A stretch of 64,000 nt of DNA from an uncultured Candidatus Saccharibacteria bacterium. GTDB taxonomy: Bacteria; Patescibacteriota; Minisyncoccia; Sungbacterales; HO2-52-23. The DNA is taken from NCBI GenBank assembly GCA_964585475.1, contig CAZPDF010000001.1, forward strand, positions 81,337 through 145,336, read 5' to 3'. The notes beneath the pieces are model-generated. The model was given only the letters and a program-made list of their open reading frames with translations, had not been told where the DNA came from and ran no database searches. Below, piece by piece: positions 56,813 through 64,000 of this stretch. The number at the start of each line of letters is the position of its first letter. Within the stretch, counting starts at the first letter, position 1. Both the position numbers and the translations under genes were made by a program.

Positions 56813-57820
56813 ATGAGGGCATTTAAAAAATCAATTGCGGTTTCAAAAACTCCGTATAGGATTAATCTTGCCGGCGCGACAGATCTTATTCCGTATGTCA
56901 AGCGGTTTGGAGGAGACGCTCTTTCGGGAGCCATTGATAAATATGTGACGATTGTGGCTCAGCGTAGGGGCGACAGAAAAATTGTATTCCATAATGCTTT
57001 GAAGACGGAGGAGGCGCTGGAGGCGCGCCGGATTAACCAGCCGCACGTGCGCTCTGTCTTGGAGCACGTCGGAATAAATTCGGGAGTGGATATTGCGTCT
57101 TTCACCGATGCGCCTTTGGCTTCCGGTCTCGGATCCTCCGGGTCTTTTGTGGTAGGGCTTCTTAATGCCCTCTGGACGCTTCAGGGGCGGAAAAAAGACC
57201 CGCGCGACCTCGCGGAAGAAGCTGCGCATATCGAGATTAAGAAACTAAATTCTCCCATAGGAAAGCACGATCAGTATCTCGCGGCCTACGGCGGGATTTG
57301 TAAACTCTCGTTCCTTCGGAACGGGAGCGTTGAGGTTAAGAAGGTTGTTTTTAAGAAAAATGAGAAAGAAGTTTTCGAAAAAATGGTTCTCCTTGTATAC
57401 AGCGGAGTATCGAGGCCGGCCAACCAAATGCTAAGTCCGGTCGAGCGTAAGCTCCAAGAACTAAATCCTAAAATTGTCACTGCTATGCATTCTTTCCGTG
57501 AGATTAGCAGTCAAACCGCCGGACTCCTGGTGCAAAGAGATTTTTCGTCATTCGGGGCGAGTTTAAACGATCTTTGGGAGGTTGAGAAAAAAACTTTTTC
57601 CAACAGCAACGAGCGGCTGGACGAGCTTATCAATGCCGGAAAGAAGCAGGGCGCCATAGGCGGGCTTGTGGTGGGTGCCGGAGGAGGCGGCTTTTTGTAT
57701 CTGGTCTGCCCGGACCAGAGGACCAGATTACAGGTTTCGCGGACACTTGAGCGCATGGGTGCGACCGAATATCCTTTTTCTTTTGCGGAAGAGGGAAGCA
57801 AAATAATTTTTTCCCAATAG
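56813..57820 (+). CDS. GHMP sugar kinase, HddA-like (heptose-7-phosphate kinase type)
   Basis: KTPYRI...G.TD, P..SGLGSS, IGKHDQY.AAYGG, GAGGGGF. Confidence 0.85.
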   Translation: MRAFKKSIAVSKTPYRINLAGATDLIPYVKRFGGDALSGAIDKYVTIVAQRRGDRKIVFHNALKTEEALEARRINQPHVRSVLEHVGINSGVDIASFTDAPLASGLGSSGSFVVGLLNALWTLQGRKKDPRDLAEEAAHIEIKKLNSPIGKHDQYLAAYGGICKLSFLRNGSVEVKKVVFKKNEKEVFEKMVLLVYSGVSRPANQMLSPVERKLQELNPKIVTAMHSFREISSQTAGLLVQRDFSSFGASLNDLWEVEKKTFSNSNERLDELINAGKKQGAIGGLVVGAGGGGFLYLVCPDQRTRLQVSRTLERMGATEYPFSFAEEGSKIIFSQ

Positions 57821-57843
57821 ATTCTTTTATAATAAGAAATAGC

Positions 57844-58266
57844 TGCGTTGTTTACACTTCCTATTTCCACCACCGCGCGGGAATCCCTCGGCGTATACCT
57901 TCTCTCGGTACGGCTATCGCCCCGACCAGCGTCGGGGCTCACCTCCCGTGCGCTTCCTCGCTCTCCCGCTTAGAGCGGGAACCATGCCCGCTCGGTCGCG
58001 CAAGGCCCTCGATAAGGCATACGCCTCGGCCCGCGCGGGAGAGAATGTAGATAGAGGATTTTCTCATCGCGGTCGAGCTCCGCTCTTGAGAAAAAGAATC
58101 AGAAGGGACGCTGAAGTGAGGGGCCGGTGATAAGATATTGTCCTGTTGCGGCCCGGATGCTTAGCGAGGCGGAGATTAAAAAAGTTTAAACTTGCCCAAA
58201 GCCCGCCGAGCGTCTTTTTCTCAAGGGCGGGGCGAGGGGGCCGCGATGAGAAGTGTAAACAACGCA
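57844..58266. mobile_element. 423-bp family D element with a highly structured interior
   Basis: TGCGTTGTTTACACTTC / GAAGTGTAAACAACGCA perfect 17-bp IR. Confidence 0.85.
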
Positions 58267-58283
58267 ACCATTTTTATAATGAT

Positions 58284-58961
58284 ATGAAAGCAGTTATTCT
58301 TGCGGCAGGGGAGGGAAGAAAAATGCGGCCTCTTACGCTCACGGCCCCAAAACCACTGCTTGAGGTGCAGGGTAAAAAACTGATCGATTATGTATTTGAC
58401 GCCCTGCCCCCAGAAATAGACGAGGTGATTGTCTCGGTTAAATATCTTGCGGATAAAATCAAATCGTATCTTGGCGATTCGCATAAAGGGAGGAAAATTC
58501 ATTACGTTGAAGGTTCGGAGAAGGGGAACGCGGTTGGACTTCTGAATGCGCGGGAATTTTTTAAAGAAGGGGAGAGGTTTTTCATTTTTTATGGAGATGA
58601 GCCCCAGCGGCGGGAAGAAATCGAGGAATGTCTCGCTCATAAGTTTGCGTGGGTATGCTCACGGGTTTCTGATCCCCGTACGAGCGGCGTTGCGATAACC
58701 GATGTCCAAAGAAGGATCCTTGAAGTTATTGAAAAACCGGAGCTTCCGAAGTCAAACTGGTCAGCTATGGGGACGATCCTGGTTAACACGGACATTTTTT
58801 CCTACCAGCCGGAGTTGCATTCAAGCGGCGAGTATCATCTGTCCTCAATGCTCAATCGTTTTATAAAGGACCATTCGGTCTTTATGGTGTTCGGAAAACC
58901 GAGGCCCCCGTTTCGTTCCCCGGGCGATATCAACTGGAACATGGAGGATTTTTTAACATGA
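58284..58961 (+). CDS. Sugar-phosphate nucleotidyltransferase
   Basis: MKAVILAAGEGR.MRPLT...PKPLL, YGD, IEKP. Confidence 0.9.
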   Translation: MKAVILAAGEGRKMRPLTLTAPKPLLEVQGKKLIDYVFDALPPEIDEVIVSVKYLADKIKSYLGDSHKGRKIHYVEGSEKGNAVGLLNAREFFKEGERFFIFYGDEPQRREEIEECLAHKFAWVCSRVSDPRTSGVAITDVQRRILEVIEKPELPKSNWSAMGTILVNTDIFSYQPELHSSGEYHLSSMLNRFIKDHSVFMVFGKPRPPFRSPGDINWNMEDFLT

Positions 58962-59027
58962 AACTTGTGCCTTTCGCCGTTATGTTATAGAAATAGGAAA
59001 GCAACTCGTTCTTTTGAGGGAAAAGTA

Positions 59028-59729
59028 ATGGCGGAAATTCATCCTAAAGTGAGAGCAGTCGCATTTGACCTCGAAGGACCGCTCATTGATCTCGAGCATC
59101 TTCATCATGGAGGCCACGTTCTGGCGTCAGAAGATGTGGGTCTGGATCTTACGATTGAAGAGTGTTTGGTTAGAATCCCGCACTTTATCGGTGGACCCGA
59201 CGAGAAGATTGCCGAAGAGATGGCTAAACTTGTCGGAGCTGACCCTGGATTTATTCTCAAGCGTAGCCGGTTTCATTATCAGCGCCTTTTAGATGGGGCC
59301 GAGATAGTTTTGCGTCCGGGAGCGGATAATTTTATCTTGTGGCTTCTCGAGCGGGGATATAAAATTTCCATAGGTTCTGCAGTCGATCCGGAAAAGGGAA
59401 AGATGCTTGTTTCTCGATCCGGTCTTTCGCGGTTTTTTCCGACGGACTTGATTATTTTCGCCGGTGACGTAGTTAATACGAAGCCCGCTCCGGATGTGTA
59501 TCTGGAGACGGCGCGGCGTATGGGAGTTGACCCGAGCGAACAGCTTGTATTTGAAGATTCTCCTCGCGGAGTCAAAGCTGGCGTTGCGGCCGGATCGCCC
59601 GTTATCGGTATGCCGATCTACTGGAAGCCGCATACCGTTGCCGAGCTCATTGAGGCCGGTGCTCGACGTATTTTCAGAGATTGGCGGGAGATCAATAGGG
59701 AAGAGGTCATATCTGCCAGGAATTTATGA
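59028..59729 (+). CDS. HAD-superfamily phosphatase (beta-PGM-like)
   Basis: FDLEGPL, KPAPDVY, FEDSPRG. Confidence 0.85.
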   Translation: MAEIHPKVRAVAFDLEGPLIDLEHLHHGGHVLASEDVGLDLTIEECLVRIPHFIGGPDEKIAEEMAKLVGADPGFILKRSRFHYQRLLDGAEIVLRPGADNFILWLLERGYKISIGSAVDPEKGKMLVSRSGLSRFFPTDLIIFAGDVVNTKPAPDVYLETARRMGVDPSEQLVFEDSPRGVKAGVAAGSPVIGMPIYWKPHTVAELIEAGARRIFRDWREINREEVISARNL

Positions 59730-59835
59730 CAAGAGCGTAGAGCCGCGTGAAAAACGCGGCCCTTTTTTTGATACCTTTACAGAGTGTGGTTAGTTTTATA
59801 TAAGAGAAAACAGCACCTTGATAGCGGAGGGATAA

Positions 59836-60495
59836 ATGTTCAATTCGCAGCGGTATATAGATCAGTATCTAGCATATGCGGAAGGGATTACGCGTTACTT
59901 CAGGTTCAAAAGCGAAGAGAAAAAGATTAATACAGTTGTAGATATATTGTTCACCGCCTGGCTTTCCAATACTCCGGTGTTTCCGTTGGGTAATGGCGGA
60001 TCCGAATCAACAGCCAAGCACTTTGCGGCAGATCTTGCCAAGACAGTAAACGATAAGCCGGGTCACCGGGGTCTGCGGGCCTATACGCCTTGGGATAATG
60101 ACCCCCTCATTAGCGCCATAGTTAACGATCGCCCGAAAGAGGACATTTTTACTGCATGGCTTGATACTTATTACCAGCGCGGCGGCATAGGGATTGGCAT
60201 CAGTGTTCATGGCGGTTCGGGTTCCGATGTCGGAGGAAAATGGTCGCAGAATCTTCTAAAGGGTCTTCAATACATCAAGGATCGCGGCGGAAAGACGATC
60301 GGTTTCTCTGGTTTTGACGGAGGACCCATGAAGGATCTGGTTGACGTCTGCCTTGTTGTTCCGGTTGCGGATCCAGAATTTGGCACGCCGCTGGTAGAGT
60401 CCTTCCACGTGGTATTGCATCATCTTGTTGTTTTCACTCTTAAGGGATTAATCGCGGAAGAGGAAGAAAAGTCCTTCGACAACGGGGTGCACTAA
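59836..60495 (+). CDS. gmhA: SIS-domain phosphosugar isomerase, GmhA-like
   Basis: GNGGS..A.HFA.DL, A..ND, GFDGG, ES.H..H. Confidence 0.75.
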   Translation: MFNSQRYIDQYLAYAEGITRYFRFKSEEKKINTVVDILFTAWLSNTPVFPLGNGGSESTAKHFAADLAKTVNDKPGHRGLRAYTPWDNDPLISAIVNDRPKEDIFTAWLDTYYQRGGIGIGISVHGGSGSDVGGKWSQNLLKGLQYIKDRGGKTIGFSGFDGGPMKDLVDVCLVVPVADPEFGTPLVESFHVVLHHLVVFTLKGLIAEEEEKSFDNGVH

Positions 60496-61031
60496 TGAGT
60501 AGGCGGGCGGTTTTTATCGACCGCGACGGCGTCATCGTGCGGCCTGTTTTGCGAGATGGAATTCCCAAGGCCCCTTTCAAGCGTGAAGAATTTGCGTTCT
60601 ACCCCGATGTTGCGCGGGCCCTTGCGATTTTAAGGATTCTGGGATTCTTACGGATTCTGGTTACGAACCAACCCGATGTTGCCCATGGATACCTTGCGGA
60701 GGAAGAGTGGAGATGGATGCAGGCGAGCGTCGAGGAACTTGATTTTGATGACGTTTATATCTGTCGCCATATCCGGGAAGATGGCTGCGAATGCAAAAAG
60801 CCAAAGCCCGGAATGCTTTTTGCCGCGGCAAAGAAATGGGGTATTGATATTCGCGCCTCATACATGATCGGCGATACGGTGAGCGATACCGGTGCGGCAC
60901 AAGCCGCGGGCTGCAAAAGCATTCTTATCCGGGCCTCGTACAATGAAAGCGTCAGGAGCGATTATGTTGCGTCAAGTTTGTATGATGCGGTACTGTTAAT
61001 AAAACGTCTTGAAGGGGGGAGGATACGATGA
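60495..61031 (+). CDS. gmhB: Heptose-bisphosphate phosphatase (HAD IIIA)
   Basis: FIDRDGV, VTNQP, C.H...C.C.KPKPGM, MIGD. Confidence 0.88.
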   Translation: MSRRAVFIDRDGVIVRPVLRDGIPKAPFKREEFAFYPDVARALAILRILGFLRILVTNQPDVAHGYLAEEEWRWMQASVEELDFDDVYICRHIREDGCECKKPKPGMLFAAAKKWGIDIRASYMIGDTVSDTGAAQAAGCKSILIRASYNESVRSDYVASSLYDAVLLIKRLEGGRIR

Positions 61032-61771
61032 AGATATTCGTTGACACTGCGAATTTGCAGGATATTGAGGAGGCACTCAAGCGCGGCTTCATTCGGGGCA
61101 TTACTACTAACCCCTCGCTTCTTTCCAAAGAACCCAAGACCGAATTTAAGGCGCACATTGGACGGATCATTGAGCTTATCCGAAGACATAAGGTTTCACT
61201 TATGGGGAAACCGCATCTTTCGGTCGAGGTATTCTCACGAAATCCAGACGAGATCTTACGCCAGGCAATGGATTTCCGCGAAACCTTTCAATACGATGCA
61301 CTTTCAGTGAAGGTACAGATTGGATGGGATGAACTCGAAGTCATCCGTCAATTAAATGAACGCGGCTTTTCTGTAAACTGTACATGTTGCATGAGTGTGA
61401 ATCAGGCGATGCTTGCCGCGGCTGCCGGTGCGCGTTACGTCTCGCTTTTTTGGGGTAGAATCCGTGATGGCGCAAACGACAAGAGTATTAATGATCGTGC
61501 CAAAGCAATAGAGAATGGTGTTCTTGATGAGAGTGACTTCGATCCGGCCCAAGTAGTTAGTAGGACTCGAAAACTCCTGCATGTATCGTATCCCAGGGTG
61601 GAGATTATTGCGGGAAGCATACGCACGGCAACTGATATTCGGGATGCGGCGCTTGCCGGTGCTCATATCGTTACCGTCCCGCCCAAGTTCTTTCCACAGA
61701 TGGTCTCGCATTTCAAAACCGATGAGGTAGTAAATCAGTTCCTCACCGATTTTGAGAGATGGCTAAGTTAA
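61028..61771 (+). CDS. tal: Transaldolase (short TalC/FSA-like type)
   Basis: IFVDTA, GITTNPSL, VKV, VNCT, YVSLF.GR, H.KT. Confidence 0.88.
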   Translation: MKIFVDTANLQDIEEALKRGFIRGITTNPSLLSKEPKTEFKAHIGRIIELIRRHKVSLMGKPHLSVEVFSRNPDEILRQAMDFRETFQYDALSVKVQIGWDELEVIRQLNERGFSVNCTCCMSVNQAMLAAAAGARYVSLFWGRIRDGANDKSINDRAKAIENGVLDESDFDPAQVVSRTRKLLHVSYPRVEIIAGSIRTATDIRDAALAGAHIVTVPPKFFPQMVSHFKTDEVVNQFLTDFERWLS

Positions 61772-61791
61772 CGGGGCTTCGAAACCTCGTT
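61772..61791. terminator. Hairpin between convergent genes
   Basis: CGGGG-cttcgaaa-CCTCG stem, extended by TAA/TTA, followed by ATTTATTT. Confidence 0.5.
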
Positions 61792-61830
61792 ATTTATTTA
61801 GCAGAAATAATGCTTTTTAGGGGGCAACGG

Positions 61831-62454
61831 TTACCCTCGTTCGAAAATCACAATATTCCAAAAAGTTGAGGTCTTAGCAGTTATTATCCGGCCGTAGCCG
61901 CTAAGAAGCCGGATAAGCTCCGGTTTGGTCCAATGGTTGATGTGCCCGGGAGTATTGCCTAAATTCTTAATATATTTCCCGCGCAGAAAATTCGCTATGC
62001 GAAACCACGGTTCATTGGGAACAGAAATTAGGACTAGGCGTTTGGACAGGCGGCAAAATAGTTCGAGGGCCGAGCGGACATCCGGCAGATGTTCCAAAAG
62101 TTCATTGGCCATTACGCAAGCATACTGGGGACTCGTCGTATTGGGCATGGCAAAAAGATCCTCCATTTGATAGGTGATATTGGGACGCGCGGAGTATTTT
62201 CTGGCATATTCTATGAATTCTTTTTCTATATCTACACCAACGATTTGGGAATCCGACAGGGAGGAGGCAATCTCTCTCGTAGTAAATCCTTCTCCGCACC
62301 CTACGTCCAGAAGGGTTTTGGGGTTCTGGGATTTTAGCAAGTTTACCACATCCCGGTTGAACTTCCGCAATAAAAATTTAAGCAAGGGGTTCTTGCTCAA
62401 ATGTTTTTTTTTATTCCCCTCCCAAATTTCATTGGCGCTCTCCTTTTTAACCAT
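61831..62454 (-). CDS. Class I SAM methyltransferase
   Basis: LLDVGCGEG, ELLEHL, SVPNEP, PGHINHW. Confidence 0.9.
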   Translation of the reverse strand: MVKKESANEIWEGNKKKHLSKNPLLKFLLRKFNRDVVNLLKSQNPKTLLDVGCGEGFTTREIASSLSDSQIVGVDIEKEFIEYARKYSARPNITYQMEDLFAMPNTTSPQYACVMANELLEHLPDVRSALELFCRLSKRLVLISVPNEPWFRIANFLRGKYIKNLGNTPGHINHWTKPELIRLLSGYGRIITAKTSTFWNIVIFERG

Positions 62455-63394
62455 GGTGTTCTTCCAGAATTTCGTAAAGTTTTTTCTCGCCGTAGGATAC
62501 GCGGATAATCATCTCGGCAACTATGCCAAGAAGAATCAAGAGAATCCCCACCACAGTAAAAATTGCAATTAAAACCGGAAGAGGAGTCCTAGAAAAATGG
62601 GTGCTATCCACGACTCTTAGATAAATTGCCCAGAGGGAGGAGGCCAGCGCGAGAAAGATGCTGATAAAACCGGTGTATCCAAAAAAATGCATGGGTCTTG
62701 AAGCGTACTTCATGAAGAAGCGGAATGCGATTATGTCCAGTATAACGCCGAAAGTGCGGGAAAACCCGAATTTCGATTTGCCGTATTTGCGGGGCTCGAA
62801 AGAAATGGGAATTTCTGCAATTTTTGCTCCGTGGAGTACGGCAGAAGCCGCAAGAAATCTATGCATATCGCCCAAAAACACTACGGGCCTCAAACTTTCT
62901 TTACGAAAAAGTTTAAACATACATCCGTGGTCGTGTAGAGAAACGCCCGTGATTTTGGAGATAAGGAAATTGGCCGCCGCAGACGGAAGACGGCGGGTTA
63001 GCCATTGATTGGTCCAGCGATTTTTTCGCCAGCCGGAAACTACATCATATCCTTCTCCAAACTTTTTTATAAAAAACGGAATATCCTCCGGCTTATTTTC
63101 CAAATCTCCGTCCATAGTGATTATGACGTCCCCGGAAGAATTTTGAATACCGCAGGCCAGAGCCGCGGTTTTTCCGTAGTTACGCAGGAAACGGTATGCT
63201 TTGACCGAGGGAAGGGAGCGCAAAATATCGAAAGTTCCGTCAGTCGATCCGTCGTCAACAATTATGATTTCATAAGGCACGCGTATCTCGGTGAGCACGC
63301 CTAGCAATCTTCGATGAAGTTCGGGAAGCGATTCTCGTTCATTCAATACCGGTATTACCACCGATAGCTTCTCCACCTTATTTGCTTGAGACAT
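62447..63394 (-). CDS. GT2, ArnC-like glycosyltransferase
   Basis: SVVIPVLNE, DDGSTD, RNYGKTAA, MDGDLEN; paralog of 49875..50810. Confidence 0.92.
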   Translation of the reverse strand: MSQANKVEKLSVVIPVLNERESLPELHRRLLGVLTEIRVPYEIIIVDDGSTDGTFDILRSLPSVKAYRFLRNYGKTAALACGIQNSSGDVIITMDGDLENKPEDIPFFIKKFGEGYDVVSGWRKNRWTNQWLTRRLPSAAANFLISKITGVSLHDHGCMFKLFRKESLRPVVFLGDMHRFLAASAVLHGAKIAEIPISFEPRKYGKSKFGFSRTFGVILDIIAFRFFMKYASRPMHFFGYTGFISIFLALASSLWAIYLRVVDSTHFSRTPLPVLIAIFTVVGILLILLGIVAEMIIRVSYGEKKLYEILEEHHG

Positions 63395-63433
63395 AGTTAA
63401 AGTATACGATAAATTCAGCCATAATCCAAATAA

Positions 63434-63562
63434 CGCTCCGCGCTGCAGAGCAGCACGGTATCAAAGGAGACTCCTCGACTCGCTTCGCTCGCTCGGAGAA
63501 TATTGTTCGAGCTTGTCGAGAACCTTCCTAAGGTAACCGCGCAGCAGAGCTGATGCGGAATT
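63434..63562. repeat. Composite hairpin cluster between divergent genes
   Basis: CCGCGCTGCAGAGCAGCACGG and CCGCGCAGCAGAGCTGATGCGG flank CTCGACTCGCTTCGCTCGCTCG and GAGCTTGTCGAG REP-like units. Confidence 0.6.
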
Positions 63563-63645
63563 AGCCAGTTCACCCTCATCATTAAAACCAGCTTTTTACT
63601 AAAATCGTTACATAGTTTGTATTTGAAGGATACGATATAAGTGTT

Positions 63646-63900
63646 ATGGAGAATCCTCCGCGCAACACGTTTTCGGAAACTGCATCCTGGGCGAAAAAGA
63701 TTCCATTTTTGGGATATTTTTTCGAAAAAAGCTTTTTCCATTATCTTTGGGTGAGCGGCATTTTTTCGGCCGCCAACATTTTTTTGCTCTGGTTTTTTAT
63801 TGATGTTCTGGAAATCCCAACCTTGGTTGCGAGTACCGGGGTTATCGGGGGAACATTTTTGTTGCGTTACGTACTTTTCCGTTTGACAAAGGTTATTTAA
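63646..63900 (+). CDS. GtrA-like small membrane protein
   Basis: FFHYL.V......NIFLLW..ID.L pattern; next to a GT2. Confidence 0.55.
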   Translation: MENPPRNTFSETASWAKKIPFLGYFFEKSFFHYLWVSGIFSAANIFLLWFFIDVLEIPTLVASTGVIGGTFLLRYVLFRLTKVI

Positions 63901-63942
63901 GTCACCTTGCAATTATTGACAGCTTCGCATAGTATAGTTCTT

Positions 63943-64000
63943 ATGCGTCTTTCCGTTGCAGAGAATATAATGCTCTGGATTGTGAAGATTGGGCTCTGGA
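63943..64000 (+). CDS. 5' start of a gene leaving the window (MRLSVAENIMLWIVKIGLW)
   Basis: Open frame from ATG 63943 to the window edge. Confidence 0.35.
   Translation, partial: MRLSVAENIMLWIVKIGLW

Noticed and set aside
63415-63912. 165-aa minus-strand ORF
   Set aside because: It is antisense to the GtrA-like gene and runs through a repeat cluster, with no recognisable motif
1-64000. Autonomous transposase, integrase, tRNA or rRNA
   Set aside because: No ORF with DDE, HUH or tyrosine/serine recombinase motifs, and no tRNA or rRNA recognised by eye

Overview
This window looks like a Patescibacteria/CPR (Parcubacteria-type) genome segment using the standard genetic code; the taxon is inferred from gene content and repeat style. 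It is almost entirely one cell-surface glycan locus: many GT2, GT4, GT-C and GT47-like glycosyltransferases, methyltransferases, a flippase, rfbB/rfbD, neuA/neuB, and a transaldolase-SIS-GHMP kinase-GmhB-nucleotidyltransferase module for a heptose or octose. Small accessory cassettes interrupt it: two RelE-type toxin-antitoxin pairs, a DUF5678 plus retropepsin pair, a PaaX-like regulator between twin palindromes, and DUF218-like genes. The most striking signal is non-coding. About 30 short inverted-repeat elements of several families are present, with no transposase in the window. The main family has CCCC(G)...(C)GGGG termini, often a 4-bp target duplication (mostly TTNA-like), and interchangeable hairpin interiors. 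Copies sit in-frame inside enzymes, adding 10-58 aa. Others nest inside each other, rewrite C-termini, or land in stop/start overlaps while regenerating both codons. Two accessory cassettes are bounded by diverged duplicates of neighbouring gene ends.
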